The position numbers were made by a program, and so were the translations under genes. From the human T2T-CHM13v2.0 reference genome, Homo sapiens: a DNA stretch of 64,000 nt. The DNA is taken from the NCBI RefSeq assembly GCF_009914755.1, contig NC_060930.1; one strand, 5' to 3'. This document shows, in pieces, positions 13,750-30,899 of this stretch (position 1 is the first letter of the stretch; each line of letters opens with the position of its first letter). Below the pieces are notes generated by a model, which was not told where the DNA came from, did not search any database, and saw only the letters and a list, made by a program, of their open reading frames with translations.

Positions 13750-16700
13750 AGTGGTTTTTTGTTGTTGTTGGGAGTGTTTCTGAATTTTCTCTATATGTTT
13801 TTATTTCCCTTTTTTTCTTATTGAGGTTTGCATATATTTATCAGCTTTGAATGTTACTGTTGCAAGTTTTTTTATTATTGTTTATATAAGACATCTTTTT
13901 AAATTTCTTTATGTTAATCCTACCTATATCACTACATTTAAAATAAATTTCTAGAAGACATAATATTTTAGGGAAATGTCTTCTGGTTTTTTTTTTTTTT
14001 TTTTATCTGTTCTGACAACCTTGATTGTTGTTTGTATCTGTTCTGACAATCTTTATCTTTTCATTAGTTTATGTCACATGCATTTAGTATATTTATTAAT
14101 ATATTTGTTTTTAGGTTTATCTTTTATTATTTCTGTGTTTTTAAACTCTATTTTTGGTTTCTCTGTTTACTCTTTTCTGTTTCTTTTGGCTACTTGACAT
14201 ATTTTAATATTTCATTTTAATTTATCCATTTATTGATTAAATATCTTCATATAATTTTATTGCTCACTTTAGACATTACAATATACAGAACCTCCTCAAT
14301 TAATGTTCTCAACAGGTTCTTGGAAACTGCAATTTTAAGCAAAACAACATATAACAAAACCAGGTTCACTATAGGCTAATTGATATAAGCCAGAGATAAG
14401 TTCCTATAGCATATTTCTGGTTACAAAAACATCACCAAACTTCTCAATAAGCATTTTGATGTTAAATATTGAAATAATTTGAGCTATATTTACATTTAAG
14501 AAAGATTAATAAAAGCAAGTAAAATTGCTTACTCAATTTTTGGTGAATCATTGAATGACAGAAGTTGTAGTGATGGTGGGTTAAATCAAAGAATAAATGT
14601 CTGTAAATTGAAAATTGTAAAAAACACTTTCTACTACCATCCAGTTCAGAAACAAACAATATAATCAATATGATGGGCTTTCTGGGAGTTTTACCATATC
14701 ACATATTGTTGTGCATGCATATGATTATCATACACTTTACAGATTTTTATTATACACTAATTTGTAGTCATTCACTCATTCATTCATTTGCCAACCCATC
14801 TATTCCAGTTCGGGGTCATGAGTGACTCGAGCCTGTCCCAACAGCTCAGGGCATAAGTCAGGAATCAACTCTGGACATGACACCATTCTATCACAGGGTA
14901 CTTTCTCTGCACACAAACACACGCACACACACATACACATGTGCACACACACACACTGACTGGGGTAATTTAGACACATAGATTAACCTAATGTTCACAT
15001 CTTTGGGATGTAGGAGGAAACCAGAGTACTCAAAGGAAATCCTCACAGACATGGGAGAAAGTGCAAACTTTACCTAGGCAGTGGCTCCATCTGGGAGTAG
15101 ATTTTGTTTTCCTCATCAACATTATAAGGAAATCAAGTTGAATGAAAAGATGTTATTTAAAGGCCTGCTGTAAACAACTTCACACAGTCTACTTAGAGTA
15201 TTTTACCAGTTAAAGTAGAATTTAGAAACCATATCGCCGTATAGATCCCTTTACTCTCTCACTTTTATGTTATAGTTGTCTCATATATGATGGTTACACA
15301 CATTTTTAAAAAAACCTACATCAGACAATGTTAAAAGTTTTTATTATGACTGCCAAATATATTTTTCCAAACACTGAGTTAGATTAAATTTTTCAACTGT
15401 TACTGAAACATTTTTCCTCTCCTCAGAATCCATTAGTAAGAATGTTAATTTTTGTCGTTATAGTTCCAGATATTTTGTTATATTCTTTGCTTTTTTATTT
15501 TTTAAAAATCTATTGTTCAGATTAGATAATTTCTGTTGTTCTGCCTTCAGAATTCCCTGTCATATCTAAAGTGCTATTGAACTCATCCTGTGTGATTTTT
15601 AAAACCATGTTATTTTGTTTGCTTTAAAATATATTCTATTTCTTTTCTATGCCTGTTCTTTCATTTCTTTTAAGAGTATTCACAACTGCTTATTTAAACA
15701 TTTCTATAAGAGCAGCTTTATAATCTTTTCCAGGTAATTCCAATATCTGTTTTATTTGGGAATTTTTATTTATTGATTGCCTTGGCCCATCTAAGTTGCA
15801 GTTTCTCTGGTTCTTCATATGCTGAATAATTTTGGATTATATGCTGGACATTTTGGATATTTTGTTATGAGACATCTGAGCATGTTTAAATCTCATGGAA
15901 AATGTTAATATTTTTTTCTTTTAGGGTGGAATTGACCTGGTTAGTTCAGACTACAAATTTCAACCAAATTTTTACAGTGGTTTCAATGTCAGTTCCGTTT
16001 TCAAAGACTTTGTTGTCCTGTTTACATATCTCTTTTGTGTGCGCTACGCAGTGATTCCAAAATCTAATGGTAGCCTCTGTTAGTTAAGTTTTCAGGCTTT
16101 AGGCATGATCGTTAGGATCAGATTTGAGAATACATAGCTTGGGGAAGATCCCTAACTATTTATAAATAAATTTATGGGGTTATGCTCTGAACACCATGCT
16201 GCATGTGGTTTCCAGTTAGCTTGGCTCCCCTTTTTGTTACACTACCTTGAATGGTGGGACTTTAATTATTCTATCCTGCTGCATATTTCCTTAATGTCTC
16301 CCTGCATTTAGTACTAAGCTTTGAATACAGAGAGAGAAAAACACAAATTCAAAGGATCTGCCCTATCCTCATGTTATCAGCACCATCTGTCAGAGAAAGA
16401 GGTTTTCTTTCTCAAGGTTTGGCTCCTGGAAACTCTTATTGCATTGAAGTCTTTGACAACATTGCCATAATATTGTTTGGTGGCTGGGGTGTGAGAGATC
16501 AGAGAGAAGAAAAACACAGGGTAGATACATTTTTGTGTTTTTCCCCTATTCTACTAGTGAGCCAGAACTAGCAGACTTCTCCTGGGACTTTTGTTATTCC
16601 TGTTTATGCTTACTTCAAAATTTCAGATTGTTTTGCATTTTGGCTAGGAAATATAACTGTTGGTTCGCTAGCATTTAGAATTCTGGTTTTCTTCTTGAAA

Positions 16701-17350
16701 CTGCCTGATATTTCTTACTTTTCAGAGTCCTCAAATAGCTGATCTATGCATTCTGTCCAGGTTTTTTAGTTAGCTTCAATGGAAAAGACATGGTGGGGTG
16801 TGCTTATTTTATCTTACTCTTACATGAACAAGCACAAATAATTTAGGTCTCCAGTTTTTTTCCTATTAATAGTGATTGTTATGTTCTAACTGTTACATTG
16901 TGCCGAAGTCCACGATAGATGCATTTTATTGGCCATATATTCCTCTAATTAGTAACCAGTGCACAAAGGTATTTCTAGGTTTCTAAGAATCTGTGAGATT
17001 CTTAATCATCCCATGGCTATCATTAAACCATCTGTCAGGTTACTTATATACTGATGTGTTTTCCCAGTTTTCTGTTAAATTAGGGGTGAATAGATGTTTT
17101 TTTTCCTGTAAATTATTCGATGGCTCACAAACATTGTCATATTTCTATGTCTATCAAGTGTGTTTGAGTTTCCTAATTCATAATTGAATACCACATTATC
17201 AAGGCAGAGTGTATCATATCGTAATTTCTTTTGTAGGACTGGTTACACTATCTATTATTTTTCCAGTCAGTTTTGGTAATTTTTTTATTTTCTAGAGAAT
17301 TGTCAGTTTCATGCAAGTTTTCAAGTTCAATTACATGCATTAAGAAAAAT
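13750..17350 (-). mobile_element. Highly decayed ancient L1M fragments flanking MER6
   Basis: T-rich antisense L1-like sequence ('tctgacaatctttatcttttcattag', 'gttcagattagataatttctgttg', 'ttctagagaattgtcagtttcatgcaagttttcaag'). Boundaries are uncertain. Confidence 0.45.
14286..15170 (-). mobile_element. MER6 (TcMar-Tigger non-autonomous DNA transposon)
   Basis: TA...CAG / CTG...TA ends, 885 bp, internal 'ttaacctaatgttcacatctttgggatgtaggaggaaaccagagtac' and a (CA)n tract characteristic of MER6. Confidence 0.85.
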
Positions 17351-20300
17351 ATCTGATTAGCTTTTAAAGCTGAATTCACAATGATTGGAGTCACCTATTC
17401 TTATATTGTACAAATTAAGCACCAGATAATGTTCTACATATTTCACAATTAATAACACATTTAATTCTCATGTGTCAGAATACCAACCTTTAAGTAGATA
17501 CTGTTAATATAATTGTCTTGATTTTAGGGTTGAAGAGCCAGGCAGGCTAAAATTTCTAGTCTTTTGTCTTAATGTTTTTACTTAGCTTCAATCATTACAG
17601 GGTTTTTTTTTTTCTTCAGAAGCTTATTATTCTTCATATAAGATTATGATTTTCATGTTAGTTTTCTCCACTTGCTTCCCATGATATTTACCCTCATCTC
17701 TGCTCAGTTTTGTGAAATATTCGACTTGATCTCATTTCTCAGGACTAGCAACCTATAAAATGTTGTAAATTATTATCTTTTTAATTTGAAAATTGAGTTT
17801 TAGTGTTAGAATGTATTTCTTTTATCTTTCAGTAACAATGCCTTGAAGGTTTTCCTTATTTTAAATTAATATTTTTATCAGCCTCAAGCACTACTTCCGT
17901 GGTCCGTCAGCATGCTGCTTGATTTTTCATATGATTAATTTGTTTTAAGTATGTTATGACTTAATTCTTTTTGTTTTCATAGTTCTGGATCAGTGAATTG
18001 ATTTCCTAAGACAAGGGTAAATAAGCAAATAGGACAGGTATCTGTTTTGGGAGTACAACATTTCACAGGCTGGGAAATGGTTGCCTCTGAGCTGACATGC
18101 ATTAGAAAAAGCTGCTTGTTAACGACCCTCTCTGGATGTAAGAGGTTACCTACTTCCCTTCTCACGGACTGAGTGATTCAGTTTATCATTTCCCTTGACT
18201 TTCAATCACAGCAAGATTGGGTGTTGTTTCCCCAACACATAAAAGTGAACAGTACAGACGGATCTCCTTCATTTGTTATGAAACACATAGATGTCTTTAC
18301 AGGATTAAATGAGAGGTAAACATTTTGGTTGTTGGCCTTGTAGTTCTTTCATTGGGACATAGAGAATGAGGGCCATCCCTTAGCATTTACCAGAATGAAA
18401 GAGGCCCTAGGCATATTATTGAAGCTAAACAAGCATGCTTATATTTGTGGTTTGTTCTTTCAGAGAGGGAGACACCTTTTGGTAGAGAATCAGGGATATG
18501 TGTTCAGGCTGCATCTTCCTAGAATCTACTATATTCACACTACTTTTTCAAAGCATGTTTTTGGTCTTTTTGCTACACACTTCATATAATAAAGTACTGG
18601 AAGTAGCTTATTAGACTATCCATCACATTGTTTACATTTTGAAATGGAAAATACGTTCAATTTTATTAAAAAATGCTTATGCTGTGAAAATTTCATCCAC
18701 TAAGAAACTATTCATTAGTTTTCTCTTCAGCATAAAATGTAAAGCTAAATTAAAAACACTTTAAAGCAAAATTAGGTTTTATAACATTATATAGCAAATT
18801 TAAATGTTGCTAAATGATAACTGAGGATGATAGCAGTTTTCAAGATAGTAAGTATATCATTCAGAGTTCAATCATAGAAACAGAATCACCAGGAATGATA
18901 GACAGTATAAAATTTATACAAAATATTTGAACTTATACCATGTCACTAACATCTACAATTACGTGTGTATTTTATTGCTTCCGCTTTTGATGCTGGGCCT
19001 GAAGAGCAGGGAGTGTGGCAGGAAGGAAAGATGAATGTGAAGCAGTGGACAGTAGGGATAAATTGGAACCCATGAATACCAACTGTAATCTGCACTAGTC
19101 TCTGAAACTCTCCAGCTTTGAAGAGGAAGTTGACATGCTGGAGAAAGTGGTGTGGGTAGTTGCAGAAAATTGAAAGAAAAGATTGTGTAAGAGCTGAAGA
19201 AGCTGTGTATTTGGCTGCATTATCAGGCCAACAAGATGAGCCAGCAAACCTCACAATATGCATGAGTTGCAACATCACCTGGTTTTGTACTGCCCTTTTG
19301 AACTTAAAAAAAAAAAACAAAAAAAAACCTGGATGCTTGTTCTTTTTTTGTCTTCCAAATTCTGCATAAAATGTCTCCTATGGTCCATGACAATCCATAA
19401 ATATGAAATAAAACACATCAGTGTCATCCTAGATCAATTGACCCAGTACAGATCCACAATAATGAGCCAGAGAACATATACTGGTCTGTGGAATTTCAGA
19501 GAGGAGTTAATGTGAAAGCCTATATTTGCTCTGAAAAGAACCAAAAAACATGCAATCCTGAGGAATAACTATACTAATGTATAGTATTATATACTAATTA
19601 TATTATATTCTTTAAACAAATAAAAAACAAAGAATTTAAATAAAATATAATTTTATTCTTTAAAGAATATAACATATTCTTTAAAGATATATGTATTAAA
19701 ATATAATAAAGAATATTCTTTAAAACTATATTCTTTAAAAATATGCTATTACATCAACACATTATATTTCAGGAAAAAATGCATACAACTGAGTAGATTT
19801 CTAAACAGTATTAGAATTGGAGCACTCTAGATCCACTTTGAGTTTTTTTTCCACTGGATAATTCCTTCCATTCTTACATGATAATTTCTGTACATCACCT
19901 ATAAACCATAAAATTGTTAAAATTTTGTTTGTAGAAGTAATCATGAACTTTCTAGAGGCATCACAAAATGCTTATTTGTACAAAGAAAAGTGACCTAGGT
20001 CTGTAATAGAAAATAGTTATACAAAGTTTGATAAAAATGACATACCTAATGTGGTGTGGGAGCACTTTGTGAAACCCAAATGTAAAAAATCAAATCCAAA
20101 GTTTATCTTGCATTTTTCACACCCATTTAATGCCCATTAAGGATCATGAAAGATAAAGTTAAATTGATTCAGCACTAAAATTCTATGATGCTTTTCAAAC
20201 TAATGTAATGATAATGTAGTGTTCAGATTTTGAGTCATTAACACTGAGAGTGAAAGTAAAAGTTACATATTTTCTTCCTTGAAATATTAAAATGCTAGAT

Positions 20301-20589
20301 CATTTCACTAAACACTATTGTATTTGAGTAATAGAGAAATCAATCCAAACTAGAATTTTATTGGCTTAGTAACATTTTCATTTGCAAAGTACCATTTCAT
20401 TAAAGATGTAAAGTTTTAACCTACATAATACACTATTCTAAATAGTTCCAAGTATAAACAAAACTTGTGTTTATTTCTTTGTTTCTTTGTTTTTAGCAGT
20501 AAGAAAGATTTAGTCAATCATCGTTTTTCTATAAATTTCTGTGTATTTTTTAGGGTCTCTCATTCTTCTGGCTTTAATCACTAAATCAT

Positions 20590-20768
20590 GGGTCAGAAAA
20601 CTAGAACTTTAGGGCAAAAGCCATCCCACATTTTTAAAGGTTGTAAAAACCACAGACAATAAAATAGGCAAACCATCAAAAAAAGAATATGCAACAAAGA
20701 CCATATGTGACTGAAAAAGCTTAAAATATTTATTATTTGGCCACTCACGGAAAGTTTACCACTCCCAG
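20590..20768. mobile_element. MER58-like hAT-Charlie MITE
   Basis: 'gaatatgcaacaaagaccatatgtgactgaaaaagcttaaaatatttattatttggccactcacggaaagtttaccactccc'. Confidence 0.6.
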
Positions 20769-20894
20769 GACTAGATAGTAAGTTCTAGAGCACATTGTGA
20801 TTTATGTGCTCTTTACCTTAATATACTTAGCTTAAGACATGTTTTATACATAATGAATATTTATTAAATATTGGTTGAATTAAGAAAAGATTAC

Positions 20895-21929
20895 AGAGGT
20901 TGAGCCAAGATGGCCAAACAGGAACAGCTCCAGTCTACAGCTCCCAGCATGAGCGCCGCGGAAGACGGGTGATTTCTGCATTTCCATCTGAGGTACCAGG
21001 TTCATCTCACTAGGGAGTGCGAGACAGTGGGCGCAGGACAGTGGGTGCACTGCACCATGCATGAGCCAAAGCAGGGCGAGGCATTGCCTCACTCCAGAAG
21101 TGCAAGGGGTCAGGGATTTCCCTTTCCTAGTCAAAGAAAGGGGTGACAGATGGGACCTGGAAAATCGGGTCACTCCCACCCCAATACTGTGCTTTTCTGA
21201 CGGGCTTAAAAATGGCACACCAGGAGATTATACCCCGCAACTGGCTCGGAGGGTCCTACGCCCACAGAGTCTCGCTGATTGCTAGCACAGCAATCTGAGA
21301 TCAAACTGCAAGGCAGCAGTGAGGCTGGGGGAGGGGCGCCCACCATTGCCCAGGCTTGCTTAGGTAAACAAAGCAGCCAGGAAGCTCGAAATGGGTGGAG
21401 CCCACCACAGCTCAAGGAGGCCTGCCTGCCTCTGTAGGCTCCACCTCTGGGGGCAGGGCACAGACAAACAAAAATACAGCAGTAACCTCTGCAGACTTAA
21501 ATGTCCCTGTCTGACAGCTTTGAAGAGAGCAGTGGTTCTCCCAGCACGCAGCTGGAGATCTGAGAACGGGCAGACTGCCTCCTCAAGTGGGTCCCTGACC
21601 CCTGACCCCCGAGCAGCCTAACTGGGAGGCACCCCCCAGTAGGGGCAGACTGACAACTCACATGGCCGGGTACTCCTCTGAGACAAAACTTCCAGAGGAA
21701 CAATCAGACAGTAGCATTCGCGGTTAATGAAAATCTGCTGTTCTACAGCCACCGCTGCTGTTACCCAGGCAAACAGTGTCTGGAGTGGACCTCTAGCAAA
21801 CTCCAACAGGCCTGCAGCTGAGGGTCCTCTCTGTTAGAAGGAAAACTAACAAACAGAAAGGACATCCACACCAAAAACCCATCTGTACATCACCATCATC
21901 AAAGACCAAAAGTTGATAAAACCACAAAG
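20895..21929 (+). promoter_or_regulatory. L1 5'UTR internal sense/antisense promoter with YY1 site and retained ~129-bp ZNF93-bound segment
   Basis: CAAGATGGCC at 20906-20915; segment 21677-21804 between GGGTACTCC and AACAG, which is absent from L1PA2/L1HS. Confidence 0.8.
21206..21346 (-). pseudogene. L1 ORF0 remnant (46 aa, truncated)
   Basis: MVGAPPPASLLPCSLISDCCASNQRDSVGVGPSEP matches the primate L1 ORF0 N-terminus; a frameshift gives an early stop. Confidence 0.75.
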
Positions 21930-22946
21930 ATGGGGAAAAAACAGAGCAGAAAAACTGGAAACTCTACAAAGCAGAGTGCCTCTCCTCTTCCAAAGGAACG
22001 CAGTTCCTCACCAGCAATGGAACAAAGCTGGACGGAGAATGACTTTGACGAGTTGAGAGAAGAAGGCTTCAGACAATCAAACTACTCCAAGCTACAGGAG
22101 GAAATTCAAACCAAAGGCAAAGAAGTTAAAAACTTTGAAAAAAATTTAGGCAAATGTATAATTAGAATAACCAATACAGAGAAGTGCTTAAAGGAGCTGA
22201 TGGAGCTGAAAACCAAGGCTCGAGAACTACGTGAAGAATGAAGAAGCCTCAGGAGCCGATGTGATCAACTGGAAGAAAGGGTATCAGTGATGGAAGATGA
22301 AATGAATGAAATGAAGCGATAAGGAAAGTTTAGAGAAAAAAGATAAAAAGAAACGAACAAAGCCTCCAAGAAATATGGGACTATGTGAAAAGACCAAATC
22401 TACGTCTGATTGGTGTACCTGAAAATGATGGGGAGAATGGAACCAAGTTGGAAAACACTCTGCAGTATATTATCCAGGAGAACTTCCCCAATCTAGCAAG
22501 GCAAGCAAACATTCAGATTCAGGAAATACAGAGAATGCCACAAAGATACTCCTCGAGAAGAGTAACTCCAAGACACATAATTGTCAGATTCACCAAAGTT
22601 GAAATGAAGGAAAAAATGTTAAGGGCTGCCAGAGAGAAAGGTCGGGTTACCCACAAAGGGAAGCCCATCAGACTAACAGTGGATCTCTCAGCAGAAACTC
22701 TACAAGCCAGAAGAGAGTGGGGGCCAATATTCAACATTCTTAAAGAAAAGAATTTTCAACCCAGAATTTCATATCCAGCCAAACTAAGCTTCATAAGTGA
22801 AGGAGAAATAAAATACTTTACAGACAAGCAAATGCTGAGAGATTTTTGTCACCACCAGGCCTGCCCTAAAAGAGCTCCTGAAGGAAGCACTAAACATGGA
22901 AAGGAACAACCAGTACCAGCCACTGCAAAATCATGCCAAATTGTAA
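21930..22946 (+). pseudogene. L1 ORF1p, disrupted
   Basis: MGKKQSRK...; stops at 22239-22241 and 22321-22323; frameshift near 22845 (RDFCHH instead of RDFVTT). Confidence 0.92.
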
Positions 22947-22994
22947 AGACCGTCAAGGCTAGGAAGAAACTGCGTCAACTAACGAGCAAAATAA

Positions 22995-26832
<3,838 letters not shown>

Positions 26833-27719
26833 ACAATGAGAACACATGGACACAGGAAGGGGAACATCACACTCTGGGGACTGTTGTGGGGTGGGCGGAA
26901 GGGGGAGGGATAGCATTAGGAGATATACCTAATGCTAAATGACGAGTTAATGGGTGCAGCACACCAGCATGGCACATGTATACATATGTAACTAACCTGC
27001 ACATTATGCACATGTACCCTAAAACTTAAAGTATAATAAAAAAAAAAGGCAGATTCTCAAAAAAAAAAAAAAGATTACTTGGTGTTCACTAAAATGGGGC
27101 CGTCCTATCAAGCCTGGTACTAATGGTATTGAAATCTATAAAGTTCTTAAGTGGTAAATACCAGTAAACAGGAGGTAAGAACTTGAACACAGACGGTTGT
27201 GGCAAAAAAAGCAATTAACCTGACAAAATTTGTATTTTCTCCTCTTTAATACAATATTGTGTTGGAAAGTGGCTTCTAAGATAGGAACTCTATTTCCTAG
27301 CCAGGGACTCTATTGCCTAGCCAAAGTGATATCTAGTTGTACTTAGTCTTTTCTCTTCTTCATGCTGGATTCAGAAAGAACCCAAAATATAATATACATA
27401 TATGCACATATACATAAGCACATAATGCATAAATCATAAAATATATATTAAGTAGTGATAAAGTAAACAGGCACAATATTACACCGGTCAAGTAATAAGA
27501 TTTTGCTAGCACCATGAAAGTTTCCTCTATGTACCTTCCGAAGTTATATCCCTCTATTTCCCCTAAAGAAAACAATTATCTTGAATTTCATAGTAATTGC
27601 TTTCTTACTTTCTTAAAAAAAAATTACTGCCTCTGTGCATTCCTAAGTAGTGTAATACACTTGTTTATGTTTTCTAACTTCTCATAGAAACTAAATTATA
27701 TGTTATGAATCTGCAATCC

Positions 27720-27844
27720 TTTTTATTTCTAGAGACGGGTCTTGGTATATGTCCTGGAGGCTGGCGAGCAGTGGCGTAATCATAGCTCACTGCAGCCCTG
27801 AACTGTTGGGCTCAAGTGGTTCTCTAACCTCAGTCTTCCGAGTG
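27720..27844 (-). mobile_element. Old Alu monomer fragment (FLAM/FAM/AluJ-like)
   Basis: 'agagacgggtctt...gcagtggcgtaatcatagctcactgcagccctgaactgttgggctcaagtg'. Confidence 0.7.
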
Positions 27845-28194
27845 ACATCATTTTGTGCAACATTTTATTTTTGAGATTCTTCCATGCCGATGTTTGTATT
27901 ACTTATTTATTACAAAAAAGTGTGCTATGTTTAATTATACCACAATATTTTTACAAATTTAACTGTTAATGGGCAATTTTTTTTCCATTTTGGCTTTTAT
28001 AAATCTGGTAGTAAAAAAGTAGCCTTTCTTATATCTCTTAGTTGTACATGTGTATACATTACTATTATCTATATATCTGATTTTTTGTATATGTGTATAT
28101 GACTGATCATAGTTTAAGCTAATTGTTGTAGGTAGTTGACGGTTGTTGATAAATGGATCTCCTTCTGTAGGAACATAACAGAAAATTTGCAGCA

Positions 28195-28545
28195 CACATT
28201 GGTTAGAATAAGCTAGGTTTTGCTGTGGCTAAAACAACTCTAAAATTTCAGTGACTTTAAATGCACAGATTAGTTTTCAACTCAAGCCTTGTACCTCGTG
28301 AGTCAGCTAAGACTGTGCTCCTCACCACCACTGTCCTTCTTCCGGGATCCAGGCTGCTGGTGGTATTGCTATTGGAGATAACGTTAGCTGCCTCAGAAGT
28401 GAAAATAAAAAGCACAGGCTCTCATGCCTATGTACAGAAATGGCATATATCCCTTCTTAACTTAATTTGTCCGAGACAAGTAAAATGGACGCTCCTGCTT
28501 TCACTGGGTTTGTTGTATAGTGTTGCCAGAGGGAAGGGAACATGA
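28195..28545. mobile_element. Old MLT1-type MaLR LTR fragment
   Basis: 'ggttagaataagctaggttttgctgtggctaaaacaactctaaaatttcagtgactt'. Confidence 0.45.
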
Positions 28546-29946
28546 TTATAGTGACTTGTGGTTTAACCTGTAAGCTTCATCTGGTAATGATAGGCAATGT
28601 AATTGTGTCGAACATATTTTATAAACTCTATGTTTTTTTAAAAAATCATTAGTTATACTCCAGCATAGTTATTTTGTCTATTTTGTTTAGTTTTATCTTT
28701 ATTACTTATGCATTGTAATTCTAAAGTAAATGGCATTAAAGACATTCAAGAATTTATGATAGAAATAAAAATCTGGGCCAAAAAAAGCAATAAAGATTGT
28801 TAAGTTTCTTATTGCTCCTTTTAAATATCACAAACATAAATCTTAGGGATCAAGGGCAATAAAAATAAACTTTAAACTGGATTTTTTTTTTCCTGATACT
28901 GTACAAAACTTATAAACGCCTGGAACATCCTTTGACACTGTGTCCGAGTAAGAATGAAATAACTAAATTTTAAATCAACATATTTATTTCAACAACAATT
29001 ACTGGGATATTGTTGCTAATGTTCAATATATATGGAACTCAAAATGTATGTAATAACAAGTTGAAAATAATGTTCGCATATTTAGACAGAATGATTGGAA
29101 ACTATTCTTTTAAATCACATAGCTAATGACAAAATGTAATCAATACAGTTCATAGTATAAAACATTTTAAGCAATAAAACTTCTGGAAAATTATTTTATC
29201 AAGAAATATAAATAAATAAAAATTAGAAAATGCCATTAACATTTATTAGCACTTTGGAAGAAAAAAATTTCAAAGAGAAACACTTATGTAGAAACTTTTT
29301 TGCACTTTATGTAGAAGACAAAATAATACGGAGGAAGTCTAAAAATCAAGTTTACAAACATATATTTGTGTGTGTGTATATATATATATCTGGATGCTTC
29401 AATCTGCTATTAATATATGTCACAACTGGTGTTTTATCTAGATAATACACTAAAATATAAAATAAAACATTTCACATAGTTTTGGTCTCATAAATTTTAT
29501 ATTTACTACTATATTTTATATTTAGTAAATATAAAAAAATTTTATATTTACTATACTATATACATAAAATAAATCATTTCACACAGTTTTGGTCTCATAA
29601 ATTTTATATTTACTACTATACACAAAAAGCAAAGCAATCTTAAAAATGTTTGAAGAACTGAAAATTGAAACAATAAAGAAGAAAAAAGATTAGGACCTTA
29701 GTGAGCATTCTGTAGTGCTAGAACAACAAAAGCAGTTCAAAATTTTATCTGTCTTGTATATTCACTTGATCAGAAATTGTGGAATATGAGTTTTGAACAT
29801 TTGAAGATATAAAAAAAATTGATTAACAGTGCTCAAAGTTTTTAAAACATGTTTATAAGAAGAGACAGTTTTACATATTAAAGTTAATTGTAACTTCACA
29901 AGTGATAAAACTGTCAAAAAACACTAATAAAATTATAAAATGTATG

Positions 29947-30428
29947 TGTATTAATTTTCTATTGCTGCCATGATCAATTACTAAAACTTACTGTTATCAA
30001 AAAATACAAATTTATTCTTTTATAATTATGCAGGTCAGACATGTCTTACACAAATCCCTCAGGAATATAATTAAGGTGACACTGGGGCTGCATTCATTCT
30101 GTGCACTTTCTTGCCTTTTCCGGCTTCTAGAGGCTGCCTACATTTCTTTGCATTTCTTTGCTCTCAGTCCAGTCCTTCTCTGATTTTCAGGGAACAATTT
30201 TACATCAGTTCCCATACTCAAGTATCCCTCTGATTCTCGTCTTCTACCTCCCTATTTTGAAGGACCCATGTAATTATATTGTGACCACCCAGATAATCCA
30301 AGTTCAGCTCCCCAGCTGATATCTTAATCATATCAGCTAAGTCACCTATAGTACCCTAGAGTATATTCACTGGTTTTGAGTATTAGGATGTAGACATCAC
30401 TGGGGTACAGCACTATTTTACCTACCAA
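29947..30428 (-). mobile_element. MLT1-type MaLR solo LTR
   Basis: 'tgtattaattttctattgctgcc...cttgccttttccggcttctagaggctgcc...aaggacccatgtaattatattg...attaggatgtagacatc'. Confidence 0.75.
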
Positions 30429-30899
30429 ATGAAGATTAGAAATAAAGAAATGTGATATATTATTTTAAAAAGTAAACTATCAAGTCCAAAGCAAATAATA
30501 AAAAATATGAAATATTTTTGTATAACAGCAGTTAATATTGAAATATTTTTAGTTTCTTAAATTGATTTTTATTATAAATATTGACCAAAAATTTTTCAAT
30601 ATATTATAAAACAGAGATGAACAAACATTTTAAAATTCCAAACCAACTAGTTAAATATGACCATCTAATAAGTGAATTTTGTAACTTGGTAATAAAGATT
30701 TTTAATAGAATAAGAAAGAGATAACATTATAATGTAAATCATCAAGAGCTGAGAGAGAATTCAACAAGAACAATATTATTAATATTAAAAGAAACGATTC
30801 ACTTATTGAATCTGAAACATCAATTCAACAAGAAAGCCATTGGGAATTTAGAGGCAGTTTCTATGTCAAATGGTTACTCACACTTATTCATCCTTTAAT

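Noticed and set aside
17400-20590. Host exons in the repeat-poor interval (e.g. ORF 18946-19320)
   Set aside because: No recognisable protein similarity or convincing paired splice sites; cannot be supported without transcript data.
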